From Azolla caroliniana (lineage: Eukaryota; Plantae; Polypodiophyta): DNA of 64,000 bases. The notes beneath the pieces are model-generated. The model was given only the letters and a program-made list of their open reading frames with translations. It made no database searches and was not told the origin of the DNA. The stretch covers positions 9,672,001 through 9,736,000 of the forward strand of contig JBHGNT010000021.1 in NCBI GenBank assembly GCA_043228905.1, given 5' to 3'. The position numbers were made by a program, and so were the translations under genes. How positions within the stretch are numbered: position 1 is the stretch's first letter; each line of letters starts with the position of its first letter. Positions 11,377 to 24,793 of this stretch are shown in pieces.

Positions 11377-14300
11377 ACGTACTGTGTGTCCAACCTTTCC
11401 ATTAAACCTGTGTTTTTTCCTTACGTTCAGTTTTCTGTTGCTTCCACACGTTGTTCTTTTTACATGGTATCAGAGCGCGAGGGTTGAGAACCTCTGCAGC
11501 TGACCTTAGCTCGAGAAGAAAACCTAACCTTCGAAAAGAACAGGAAAAATAGAATGGATAGAGGCATGGCTAGCTCGCTTCCAACCGAGAAGCTTCATAG
11601 AAACAACTACGCGTCTTGGTTGTACAAGATGCACCAGTACCTGCTCGGGCATGGATATTGGAGCTATGTCGATGGAGCAAATGACAGACAGAGACTTCCT
11701 GACTTGGGAACAATCGGTGAGCTGAATTCTCTACTACTTCACGTCTTGTGTGGGCGAACAACTTCTGAGCTATAATCGGAACGCGAAAACGCCGAAGGAT
11801 GCTTGGGGAAATTTGAAAAAGATTTTCGCTGCAAGCACCACAACTAGAAAGCTCCATTTTCGACAGGAGTTGAGCAACTTGTGACAACGTGATTTGTCAG
11901 TGGCTGATTACACCTCGAAGATCAAAGCTATATGCGACTCCTTAGCCTCCATCGATGTGAACATCGAGGAAGGCGAAATGGTGTAGATCTGTCTTGGGGG
12001 ACTGGCGTCGAAGTTTGAAGCGTTCTGAACTACTATGTGCACACGGGAGAATACGCTATTGTTTTTCGACCTACAGACGATGCTCCTTATAGAGGAGAAC
12101 CACGTGGGTGCGTCCACGAGTACGCATGCCGACAAGAAGATGATGTACACGGAGGGAGATAGGCCCCGTGGACATGGCAGATGAGGCGAGTCGGTGCACA
12201 ATGGAGGTGGCCAATGGGATCAAGGAAGAAGGCACCGAAGTGATGCCGACAGCAATTCCGAACCCTCCGGAAACAGGAGGAGTCGAGGTGACGAGAACCG
12301 GCAAGGGAAATCCGTCGCAGAATGCTGGTACTGTGGCAAGAAAGGCCACAAGGAGAGCGAGTGCTGGAAGAAGCACATCGATTCAGAGAAAACCGGATCT
12401 GCATTCGGACAAACCGACAAAGGAAATTGGTAGTGATCACATTATGCTGAAGGATTCGAAAAAGTCGGAAAGGGGGCAACCTTCAGTGACTAGACACGAA
12501 GCAAAATCGATGAAGAAGACCACCCCGAAATCAGACGAGGTGTGGTACGTTGACTCCGGCGCGTCAAACCACATCACGAGCCATAAGGAGTGGTTCTCAT
12601 ACCCTGAGAAACAGATGCAACCAGGAGTAGTCACAACAGGAGATGACACTCCGCATCCGATCGAGAATGTCGGTGAAGTTCCCTTGAGCCATGTCGGGCA
12701 AAAAGGGAAACTCATGAACGTGTTACACGTCCCGACAATCACGAAGAATCTGGTGTCGGTCAGGTAGATCGTCGACCAAGGGATGCAAGTCCGGTTCATG
12801 CATCTCGGGTGCTTCATCGAGGAGGAAGGCCAAGTTATTGCGCAAGGGCGCAAAGACGGGAGGATGTTTATCCTCGACACCAATGACGTTGGCACTGCAA
12901 TGTTCGTAAAAGGACAAAAAGTCGAGTCGAATATCGACTTGTGGCACAAGCAGATAGGCCACATCAACAATCCAAGGCTTCAGGACTTGCAATCGAAACA
13001 AGTTGTGTTCGGATTGCCCAAATTTAGTGGTCGAAAGGCCCAAATGTGTGAAGCCTACCAGGTAGGGAAGCAACACTGACTTCCTTTCCCCAACGAGCGT
13101 AACCGGAGCCGGAACAAGCTCGACTTGATACATTCGGATGTATGGGAAACAGGGAGAAAGATCAGGTGTCTGCGGTCAGATGACAAAAAAGAGTACTTTT
13201 CCGGCCAATTCAACAGTTATCTGCTACAAATGGGAATTCAGCACGAATACAGTTGCAGGGATATGCAGGAGCAAAACGGCGTAGCCGAAAGGAAAAATTG
13301 GTCGGTTGTGGAAGAGGTGTGGGCAATGCTAGAAGAAAAGAGCTTGCCCAAGTTCTATTGGGCCGAAGCAGTACGAACTGCGGTCTAAATCCAGAATCGG
13401 ATCGGAGACAAGGGGTCGGCGCATGAGCTGTATTTCGGAAGGAAGCCGAATCTACGACACTTAAGAGTTTTTGGTAGCATTGTGTATGTCCATGTGCCGA
13501 AGGAGAAATGGAGGAAGTTGGACGTGAAAGCCGAGAACTGTATCTTGGTTGGCTATTCAGACGAACAGAAGGGTTATAAGTGTTATAACCCCCGAACCAA
13601 ACAAGCTCGCGTGAGCCGTGATGTTGTGTTTGATGAGTCCACGTCCCGGACCTCAACTCCAACTTCGGACCTCCGGACCCATGTTCTAACGATGAGGTCA
13701 GCGAGGCTGAAATGACTCCAGATGATAGCGAAATCAAGACCCTCGATGAGAGTCCGATTTCATTTTGGCTAAGTGGATTGAACGAACGACTGGGTCGGTT
13801 TGACCAATCCGAAGAAGAGCCGGCAAGAAGTGGAGACTCGGCCGTGCATTCCCCACGCTTGAAGCCGAGGAGACGGTTTACGCGCATGGAAAAAGGGAAG
13901 AAGAAGATGCCGGAGTACGGCACGGATAAGGGCGAGTCGGATCGACACGAATACGACTCCGAGAAGAGCGATGACGGTCCTTCGAGAGCGAAGTCCACGT
14001 CGGCAAAGAAAGCCTCAACATCGGCTAATGAGCAATTACGCCGATCTACCAGCCAAAAGAACCCTGTTGTGCAATTCGGATACAACGAGGACATGGCGCA
14101 TGACTATGCGTACATGACGCGTGTAGTGGAAGCGCGTGAGCCGGAGAGCTACACAGAAGCGGTGAAGGACGCAAATTGGCGTTCCGCAATGGAGAAAGAG
14201 ATGCGCGGATTGGCGGAGAATGAAACCTGGGACCTAGTTGACGCACTGAAGGGTGTGAAGCCGATCGGATGTAGGTGGGTGTACAAGGTCAAGTACAACA

Positions 14301-16324
14301 ATGACGACTCGGTCAACCGATACAAGGCCCGGTTAGTAGTAAAAGGCTACGCGCAACAACATGGCATTGACTACGATGAGATGTTTGCGTCGGTCGCAAA
14401 GATGAGGACCGTCCGTATTTTGCTTGCGGTAGCTGCGGCAAAGGGGTGATATTTACATCAGATGGATGTCAAGAATGTGTTCCTTCAAGGCGAGCTTGAG
14501 GAACAGGTGTACATGGTACAACCCCCGGATTTCACTCCGGAATGAACCCCTCGGCGGTCTGCCGGTTGAAGAAGTCCCGTTACGGATTAAAGCAAGCCTC
14601 ACGTGCTTGGAATGAGAAAATCACGCAACAATTGCGTCGGATGGGATTTGTGATGTCCAAATCGGACTCTTCACTGTTCATTCGGAAAGGTCGACTCAAG
14701 CCGGTTAGTATTTTACTTTATGTTGAAGACTTGGTCATCACCGGCGCCGACCTAGGTGAAATTGACCGCGTAAAGCTCCAACTCGCGGCATCATTTGACA
14801 TGAAGGACCTGGGGGACCTTCATTACTTCCTCGGGATCGAAGTGATACGTACCCCCGAAGGCATACTGATCAACCAACAACATTACGTGTTGTTTATGCT
14901 TTTCAAGTTCGGGATGGCAGATTGTAAGTCCGTCTCGACTCCTCTGGATAGAATCGTCAAGCTTCGCCCCGACTTCGGAAAGGTTTGCGACCCGACGAGG
15001 TTCCGACAGATTGTGGGAAGCCTCATATACTTGACTATCACTCGACCAGACGTCAGGTACCCAGTCGGTGTGATTAGTCAATTCATGGCGCAACCAACCG
15101 AGGAGCTCCTTCAGTGCGCACAACGCGTACTCCAGTACGTCAGTGGCACTAAGGACGAGGGCTACTATATCGGACTGATAGTGTTGCGAAGTTAGTCGGC
15201 TACACCGATGCTGATTGGGCCGGAAACGCTGGCGATCGCCGATCCACATCCAGATTCACATTCTCTCTTGGGAGCACCGCGATCACGTGGAGTGGCAAGA
15301 AGCCGAGTATAGAAGAGCGGTTGTCGCAACATGCGAAGCCATTTGGATGAAATGGCTACTTAAGGATCTGTAGGTGGAGGTGTCCGATCCGACGACGATC
15401 TACTATGAAAACCTCAACAACATCCACTTAGCAAAGAACCCTGTCTTCCACGCCCGGACTAAGCACATTGAGGTGCACTACCACTTTCCGATGATGTCGA
15501 ACTTCAGTATGTTCCGACGGATCGGCAGACCACCGACATTTTAACATGCCCCTTGGTCTCGACAAGTTGCGGCAATTCTCGGGTGCACTTGGGTTGCGAC
15601 ACCTCGATGTGCCGAACTTGAGGGGGAGAGAATTCCCCGAAGACCACGGAAGGGAACTGGAAAGGAGTGGAAGAGACCGTGACTCCGTGTTGGATGACGA
15701 ATTCGATTTCGGGTCGGTTGAAGAAGTCCATGGCCGATAAATGAAAGAGTCTGAAAGCGGACGTGAGGGGAACAACCGAAAGAAAGAGTCGAAGCCAGCC
15801 AAGCATGGGGGAGATGAAGCCAACTTGGACGAGAGCTAAAACCGATCGGAGGAAGCTGATTCTGTTTGGATGTTTGATTCGGAGACGCCGAAGCAACTGA
15901 GGGCCAAGCGGAAGAAAGGGCAGCCGAAGAGGCGCCAAGACCGCGGCAACAAGGGAGCTAAGAAGGGCCGCACCAGCACACACGCTGACCAGAAGGCTCG
16001 AGACGCGCGGAATCGAACAGGATGAGGAGCGCGAGCGAGGTGTGAAGCCAGAAGAAACCAGAGTGGTGATCCAGAAGAACTAGAAGAGCATCAAGTTGAG
16101 CTTGAGGGGGAGTGTTGAGATACAAGCTCAACATTGGCTGGATCGGTTAGGCCGGACCGGTGCGTAAACCGGTGCACAAACCAGTGCGCAACAAGAAGTC
16201 GTAGCGGTGCGTAAACCACGAGGCCATTGGAAAGATATTCCGCGTAGGAATATATTTTGGGAGTTAGTGTAGAGCTCATTTATGAGCATTGAAGTACGTG
16301 TCAGTACTTTTGTCAGTCCGTATG
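11015..16324 (+). mobile_element. Ty1/copia element A1 (CpG-rich family), degenerate, 3' LTR truncated
   Basis: 5' LTR 11015-11464, PBS TGGTATCAGAGC 11465-11476, gag MDRGMASSLPTEKL, CWYCGKKGH, WYVDSGAS, integrase with internal deletion, RT, PPT 16104-16112, 3' LTR matches only 16113-~16324. Confidence 0.92.
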
Positions 16325-17343
16325 AGCTCAAACAATACTCTTCAACCAAAAACAGTGAGTCTATTGACAAACAATACTCTTCAACTGAAAACGGTGAGTT
16401 TTCACTCATGGCTTAAGATCCAAACAGAGCTCTCAAAATTATGTGCTTAAGCTAATATAAGAGATTGAAACAAATGATAAGTGCCTCTATATATATAAGC
16501 TCCCTCAATCTAATGTCTATATTATTTATTATTTATTATTATATAAAATAAACAAACAATACAATAAAGAAAGATATTATTATTATATAAAATATATTTT
16601 ATTAATTATATTAATAAATCTATACATTTGTCATTATAATGTACATAAATTTTATTTTATACCTTATTAATCATATAGTCTATAATTAAAATTTAATTTA
16701 TTGTACACAAATAGTATATTATTACCCCACATTAGAGAGGCATAAATATGCAAGTGTAATCTCAATCATTTGTTCAATAATGAAGATCACAATCATTTAA
16801 AAGGTCATTCCCCACATGTAAATGATTGGTGACTGAAGATTCCAATTATTGGGGACCTAAGATTCGATGCCATTAATACAACTATTATCACCAATAATTG
16901 CTAAGCACATATGTACCTTTAACTAGGATTATAACTACCCTAGTCTATGTAACTAACTAACATATAAGTAACCCTTAACTAACATGCAAAACCTATGTCA
17001 TGACTTTTGTACTAACCAAACTATACTAACGACTAGCTAATGTAGGGGAACTAACTTGCATGTAACCCAACTATGGTTAGACTAACTATAGTTACTTTAA
17101 CCATGGTTTTACAGCCCTATAAATAGGATGACCTTGTCATTTTTGGGATCTCACACGTGCAATCGAGCACATAAAGCATCACCAACGCAAGAGCACACGA
17201 CCATCTCCCTGTCACCAGCAAGAACGAAAATCATGTCTTCAAAGAAGATTGAGTGCACGGACACCAAGTAGGCAACTAACTGTACGGACACTTCATGTTT
17301 TGTATCTTTTCCAGCCATCTCCAAACATACATAGGTCTTGATT
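16325..17343. repeat. Unassigned AT-rich, probably LTR-derived sequence
   Basis: Short tandem duplication (CAAACAATACTCTTCAAC), TAAC-rich tract, TATA-like CCCTATAAATAGG at ~17116; no ORF, termini not identified. Confidence 0.35.
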
Positions 17344-20300
17344 TGTAAAAGAATATGTCTGCGGAAGCGTGTGCGTAACAGCAGAATACACAGTTCGGAA
17401 ATAAAACAAAAAACCCAGAGATGGAGATGGAGATGGAGATGGAGATGGAGAAACAGAGAGAGAGTAGACAACTCAGTTCTATTTCAAAATAATGACACTC
17501 TGTATATACATCGTGCTCAGTGAGCACCTTTTATACAAGCCCTGACAATTGGGCTGACACAAGTACTAACAATACTTGACTACTCATAAATGAGCCTACT
17601 ACACTAACTCCCAAAATTATTCCTTACGAGGAATACCATACTAACGGCCTTGCGGTTGACGCACCGCTACGGCTACGTTATGCATACTAATTCACGCACC
17701 CAGTCTACGCACTGGGTTACACACCGTATTACGCGCCCAATGTTGAGCTTGTCACTCAACACTCCCCCTCAAGCTCAACTTGAGGTTTCGTCTGCTCTTC
17801 CGGATCTACGCTACAGTTCCTTCTAGCTTCACGCCTCGTTCGCGCTCCTCGACCCGTTCGATTCCGCGTGCTTCGACCCTTCCGGTCGGGTTGTTTGCTT
17901 GTTCGGCCCTTCTCAGCTCCCTTGTTGTCACAGTGTTGGCGCGTCCTTCGCTGCCCTTTTCTCCGCTTGGCCCTTAGTCGATTCGTAATAACCGAATCGA
18001 ACATTTTGATTGAATCAAACGTTTCCGATTCAATTCTGCTTTCATCTCAATTGGCTGTCTCCAATTCGTTTTTAGTCTTTAGGCCTTTGACTACATCAGA
18101 CCACGTCTTGGTTTTGGCCTCTATGCCCTTCTTGGTTGTATCTTCCCTTGATTCAGCTATCCTCAGCTCTTCCCTACGGTTATGGCCCTTGCTTTTTTCT
18201 TCGGCTTCTTAAGCCGGCCCGAAATCGAATTCTTCATCCGATTCAGCATCACGGTCACTTCCGTCGCGATCAACACCTCTGCTCCTTTCATGCTCTTGTT
18301 CCTCTTCTTCCTTTCTCCCCCTCAAGTTTGGCGTGTCGAGGTGACGCAACCCTAGCTCACCCGAGAAATGTCGTAACTTGTCGAGACCAAGAGGCTTGGT
18401 GAAGATGTCGGCAACCTGCCGATCCGTCGGAACATACACTAGTTCGACTTCACCTGAAAGGACCCGCTCGCGGACAAAATGGTAATGCACCTCAATGTGC
18501 TTGGTTCGGGTGTGGAACACAGGGTTTTTCACAAGGTGGATACTGCTGAGGTTGTCGCAATAGATCGTCGTCGGATCAGACAACTCTACATGCAGATCCC
18601 GTAATAGTCATTTCAGCCAAATGACTTCGCACGTAGCGATAGTTGCCCCTCGATATTCGGCCTTTGTGCTCGACAGTGCCATTGTTGGCTGCTTTTTGTT
18701 GCTCCACGTGATTGCTGCACTTCCTAATGAGAAGGCGTATCCGGATGTGGATCTACGATCAATGGCATTTCCGGCCCAATCTGCATCCGTGTAGCCAACC
18801 AACTATTCGGCTATGCCCGCCTGATACAGCAACACCATGTCTTTTGTGCCGTTGAAATATCGCAATATCCTTTGCGCACACTGAAAGTGTTTGGTCGTAG
18901 GCTGCGACATAAATTGACTAATTAAACCGAACGGGTAGCTGAGATCCGGCCAAGTAATCGTCAAATAGATGAGGCTTCCGACAATTTGTCGAAACCATGT
19001 CGGGTCGCACGCCTTTCCCGAATCTCGGCAAAGCTTTAAGTATCTGTCCAGAGGGGTCGAGATGGGCTTCCAAGTTTCCATCCCGAACTTGAAGAGCATA
19101 TTCAGCATGTAATGACAATGGCTGATCAATATGCCTTTGGGGGTACGGATCACTTCGATCCCGAGGAAGTAATGAAGGTCTCCAAGATCCTTCATGTCGA
19201 ATGATGCCGCAAGCTGAGACTTTATGTGGTGGATTTCCCCGAGGTTGGCACTGGGTGACTAAATCATCAACATAAAGTAGAAGACTTACCGGTCCATATG
19301 AACCTTGCCGAACAAATAGTGAAAAGTTTGATTTCGACATTGTAAACCCCATCCTACGCAACTGTTGTGTAATCTTCACGGTGCAGGCTCGCGGGGCTTC
19401 CTTAAGTCCATAGAGTGACTTCTTCAGTCGGAAAATTGCCGAGGTGTTTTGTTCGGATAGAAATCCAGGGGGCTGTACCATGTACACCTATTCCTGAATA
19501 TCACCTTGCAGGAACGCATTCTTTACATCCATTTGATGTAAGTGCCACCCCTTGGTCACTGCTACAGCTAGCAAGTCACGCATGGTAGTCATCTTCGCGA
19601 CCGGCATGAAGGTCTCATCGTAATCCACACCGTGCTTTTGTGCGTAGCCTTTCGCAACTAATCGGGCCTTATATCGGTTGGCAGAGCCATCCGTGTTGTA
19701 TTTGACCTTGTACACCCACCTACATCTGATCGGCTTTACACCCTTCGGTGCGTCAACTAGGTCCCAAGTCTCATTATCAGTCAAAGCACGCATCTCTTCC
19801 TCCATCGCGGCATGCCAATTTGTATCTCTCACCGCTTCTAGGTAGCTACCCGGCTCATGCATAATGGTGAGCCATGTATTCATTGTACCCGTTTCTCTTC
19901 ATGGGGTTCTTCAGGCGGGTAGATCAGCGTAATTCGTGATTACCTGATTTCATGACCTTTTAGGCCGATTTTGACCTCTTCCACGAAGGTTCCTTTACGA
20001 TCAGCTCGATGTGAGATTCGCTCTGAACTGTCTCGATACTGCCGAAATCGTACTCTGGCATTTTCTTCTTGCTCTTCTCCTTGCGCGTAAACCGTCTCCT
20101 CGGTTCTTTACGCGGGGACATCACGGCTGAGTCTCCACTACTCGCCGTCTCTTCAATAGGTTGGCCATTTCGGCCCAACCCCTCATTCGGCCCACTTAGC
20201 CGAAATGAGATCGAAATCTCTCTCAGAGCTCCGACTTCTTCATCGTGCGGGGGTATTTCGGCCTCGCTAACTTCGTCCTCAGAATTCAGAATGGAGTTAT

Positions 20301-23300
20301 GAGGAGTTGGGGGTGAAGGCAAGTACCACAAAGCGGATTCGTCGAACACGACATCTCGACTTATGCGTACTTCCTTTGTTTGGGGGTTATAACATTTATA
20401 CCCCTTCTGCTTGTCTGGATAGCCGACTAAGATGCACTTTTCGGCTTTCACATCCAACGTCCTCCTCTTTTCCTTCGGCACATGCACATATGCAATGCTA
20501 CCGAAAATCCTCAAGTGTGCCAAGTTCGGCTTCTTCCCGAAATACAGCTCATGTGGCGACACTCGTCCATTAGCAAAAGTCTGATTTTGCAAGTAGATAG
20601 CCGTCTTCACGGCTTCAGCCCAATAGAATTTCGGCATATGCTTCTTTTCAAGCATTGCCTTGGACACTTCTTCGATTGTTTGATTCTTCCGCTCGGCCAC
20701 GCCGTTCTACTGCAGTGTGTATCTACACGAGAATTCCCGTTGAATTCCCTCGTTCTGTAGATAACTTGTGAACTGGTCGGAGAAGTACTCCTTCCCGCCA
20801 TCATACCGTAGGCATTTGATCTTATGCCATGTTTCCCTTTCCGCAAGGCTCTTGACCTTCAGGAAACATGTGAAGACTTCGCTCTTCCTCGCGATTGCGC
20901 ATACCCACGTGTGTCGAGTGAAGTCGTCAATGAAGGTTACAAAGTAACGGCTTCCACCAAGACTCACATTCTGTGCCGGTCCCCACACATCCGAATGGAT
21001 CAAATCCACTAGACTTTGACTACGAATACGCTCTTTGGGGAATGGAAGTCGGTGTTTTTTTCCCATCTGATAGGCTTCGCAGATTTGGCCATTATGGCCC
21101 CGGAATTTCGGCAAGCTGAAAACAATGTTCTTCGTCTGCATCTCACGAAGCTCTGGGAAATTTACATGGCCGAATCGCTTGTGCCACAGGTTGATATCCG
21201 ATTCAATCTTTTGTCCTTTCGCGTACAACGCGGTTCTGGCTTGATTAGTGTCGAGGATTAACATCCTCCCTTCACGGCGCCCCTACGTGATTACTTTGCC
21301 TTCCTCTTCTATGAAGCAGCTGAGATGCATGAATCGAACCTACATTCCCTTGTCGACGATCTGACCGACCGACACCAGGTTCTTAATTATTGTCGGGACG
21401 TGCATCACGTTCATGAGTTTCCCTTTCTGCCCGACGTGGCTGAGGGGAACTTCTCCGACATGTTCGATGGTATGCGGAGTGTCGTCTCCCATTTTGACCA
21501 CTCCTTGCGATTCCAGTTTCTCCAAGTACGAGAACCATGCCTCGTGACTTGTCATATGATTTGACCCTCCGAAATCAACATATCACACCTTGCTCAATTT
21601 CGAGGTGTTCATGACCATAGAATTGGCCTTATGCTTCATTACGAAGGCTAGACCCAATTTGTCTTCGGCTCGTTCAGAGCCTTCTGCGTAGTGCGATCTC
21701 TAACGCCTCTCTGCGTCTCTTCAGCTCGATCCGGCTTTGTCCGAATCGGCTCTCTTTTTCGGTATATTACACTAACATATCATTAGTGTTAAAAAGGTAA
21801 ACGTCCCACATAGAAAGGTAAGTTCATGCTAGGATAAACTTTAGTTAGAAGAAAATGCAAGATAAAAGAAAAAGCTACGCATGCACATGTAGCGTGCATG
21901 AACACCATAATCAATAAAAACGCATCAAATTAGAAAAAGTAGGATCACTTTAGAAAAAGCATAGTCTATCTATAGAAAAAGTATGGATTGTTAAAGACTC
22001 TCTCATCACTATATAAGGATGAGGAGCACAATGTAATAGGGGTGTGAAATATTTGGGAAATTGGATATATTTCTTAAAACACCTATAATTAATAAATTAT
22101 ATTCGTGGGATTCACGAAGGTTTCCATATATCTCGCTTCCAATCTATGATAAATTGTAATTAGGATTCTAAATATTAATAAATCTAATAATCTATACTTG
22201 TGGGATTCACAAGTTTCTTATATCTCTCTTCCAATCTAAATTCATATTCTTATCTAAATATTGATTAATTTAATACATTATACTTGTGGGATTCACAAGT
22301 TTCTATCACTCTTTCTAATAATCTATACATAACTATAAACTTGTCTCAAATTCTTCCTCCTCCTAGTCCAAAACCCTAGCGGTTCTCTTTGACCATCAGC
22401 ATCGATTCCAAGTCGAGGAAGGTTGGTGGTTTGTCCCGGGTGCAGATCGTTGTCCGGATTGGCCCGTACCTTTGTGCTAGACCACCAAGGCAGATTTGTA
22501 CCATTTCGTCTTTGTCCACCGTCATGTTGATGGACCCGAGCGCGTTGCAAATATCCTTTATTTTGGTGGTGTAGTCCGTAACCGACATATCTCTTTGTCG
22601 GATGTTGTTCAACTCTTGCCGGAGCTGCAACTTATGAGCTATGGTACTTGCGGCGAAAATCTTACGTAGATTTTCCCAAGCCTCCTTCGGCGTCTTTGCA
22701 TCCTTGATGTAGCCGAGCATCTGGACATGCACACAGGATGCGAGGCAGTATAATACTCGGCTCGCTCCTTGCTCCCATATCAAGAAGTCCTTTTGTCCAA
22801 GCTCTGGTGCTACCTCATTCGTTCCTTCCACGAAACTCCAATACCCATGCCCCAATAGGTACTAGTGCATTTTGTATGACCAAGACGTGTAGTTGCTCCA
22901 GTCGGGCTTCTCTATAGGAAGTGAACTCGCCATACCCCTGTCCATATATTTTCTCTGCCTGAGGTTTTGGTGGGTGTTTTTCCTTCGTTTTTTTTTTCTG
23001 TTGTTACTATTCTATTCTCAGAACCTCTAGGGTTTGTCTTGCGAAAGAAAATGTCGGTTGTAGAGGTCTTCAACCCTCGCGCTCTGATACCATGTCAAAA
23101 CATATGTGCGGACGCGTAAGAGAACAGCTTGGCTGCGTAGCAGCATAGAGAGAGAGAAATACACAGAATACAGAGAGTACTCGAGAGAGACAGAGAGAGC
23201 AGAACAAGAATCTATTACAAAACTTATATCAACACTCTATACATGAAACGTGCTCAACAACGCTATTTATACAAGTCCTGAGAACACTGACAGAAGTATT

Positions 23301-23510
23301 GCTTACTTCAATGCTCACTTGAGCGTCTGACACTAACTATGAGACTATTAACTCCCTAGTAGTCTAGCTGCTACTAAGCGTCCGGTTACTGATGGATCCA
23401 GCCAACCGGCTCTTTTGCTCACCGGGTGCTCACCGGCTCATCGATCCATCTCGCTTACCGGCTCAGGCTTATTCAGCCGATTTGACTCCAGTTGAGCTTG
23501 CTGCTCAACA
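17344..23510 (-). mobile_element. Ty1/copia element A2, apparently chimeric
   Basis: LTR 17344-17761, PPT 17762-17770, RH/RT/INT/PR fragments 18209-21555, gag 22376-22945, PBS 23081-23092, LTR 23093-23510; the two LTRs are dissimilar and flanks (TGATT/ATTTA) do not match. Confidence 0.88.
21761..22375. repeat. AT-rich LTR-like insert replacing the gag zinc-knuckle region of A2
   Basis: Abrupt composition change, TATA-like CTATATAAGG, three ~90-bp repeats containing CTTGTGGGATTCACAAG or a close variant. Confidence 0.5.
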
Positions 23511-24299
23511 ATTTAAATAGAAATCGAGGTATTGACCTCACACGCATACGTAACATATGTATGTGAACATAATACGCCATTGAGGTATTAACCTCGTACG
23601 TTTTATATGTCACACATCAAATATATGTCAAATGAGGTATTGATCTCATACACATATGAATACATTTTATACAACCAATCCGTTACCACTACAACATCAT
23701 TGAATCAATAAAGAAAAAAAATATTGACTATACATGATTAGATTGGGAGAAGAAAGAATAGAAAAAGAAACAAGGAGTTATCGAAGTTCCTTTGTTTATT
23801 GCTATCTGGATCAAGGTCAACTGCACGTCGATCGATCACCATCCATCAAGAAGACAACAAAAACCAACAAAAGAAACATTAGAAACATAAGCTCTGATAC
23901 CAATTGTAAGAGTGATGATCTAATGTAAGCATATGATAAGGATATAATATATATGAAATAAGAAAGGAGAGAGAGAAAGAAGGGTGCCAATCCACCCGAC
24001 CACCCCTGAGCAAAGGGATCGGGATGAACTCGAGCCTCGATCGGCGTCCCATACCACCGTTGTGGCGTCGAGTCATACTTGTTGCTGGCGCACTTGCTTC
24101 AAGAGTTGACCCACCACGAAACAGAGTCTCGACGTAGTCAAGAGATGATGAAGTGAGGGTAGCTAGGCCTCATATTTATAGCGAGACCCAATGCCCCCAG
24201 GCAAGTTCACACTTGACCTAATGGGTTGTCTCAATTATGAGGATTAAAAGTAATCCTCCCCTTCTTTACACTGTCGTTTAACCCTCACACTTATCCACA
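23511..24299 (-). mobile_element. 5' LTR (23905-~24299), tRNA-Met PBS and leader of a truncated LTR element
   Basis: GCTCTGATACCA at 23891-23902, TG at 23905, TATA-like CTATAAATA (minus) near 24174-24182, CA at 24298-24299. Confidence 0.7.
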
Positions 24300-24793
24300 T
24301 GTATAGAATACTACGGTAAATTCTCACCATGGGATATTATATGGTCATGCCCGTAACAACAGTATCCCAAAGAGTAAAGGCATCGAAGCTGGAAGAAGTC
24401 GACCTTGGGACACGGGAGGCACTAAGACCAATCAATGTAGCAAAGAAAATGCCACCGGAACAGAAAATGGCAATGGTGGAGCTACTCAAAAAAATTCTGG
24501 GATGTTTTTGCATGGTCATACGAAGATATGCGAGGGTTTGACCCCCAACCATACCAACATCAAATTCATCTGAGTAAGGATACGAAGCCAGTAGCACAGT
24601 GACGTTACCGAATGAACCCAAATTACGCAGCAAAAGTAAAGGAAAAAATTGATAAGCTGCTAAGAGTCGATTTTATTCGACCAGTAAAACAAGCACCACG
24701 GTCGAGCCCGATAGTTGTTGTACCGAAAATGAATGGAAAAATACGGGTTTGTGTCGACTACCAGAAGCTTAATGCGGCCATGGTGATTGACGT
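24300..24793 (+). pseudogene. Gypsy RT N-terminal fragment related to the 17-10036 element
   Basis: MNPNYAAKVKEKIDKLLRVDFIRPV...RVCVDYQKLNAA parallels ORF 6201-6581. Confidence 0.9.

Noticed and set aside
13210-14094. 294-aa antisense ORF and similar ORFs opposite pol genes
   Set aside because: Shadow frames of GC-rich coding DNA with no recognisable motifs and not preserved among sister copies.
17151-17527. ORFs with HLHL/WRWR/ISIS repeats
   Set aside because: Products of a (GATGGA)n microsatellite in an LTR.
23526-23647. CRISPR-like repeat-spacer pattern
   Set aside because: Only three 14-bp units, eukaryotic retroelement context, no cas genes.
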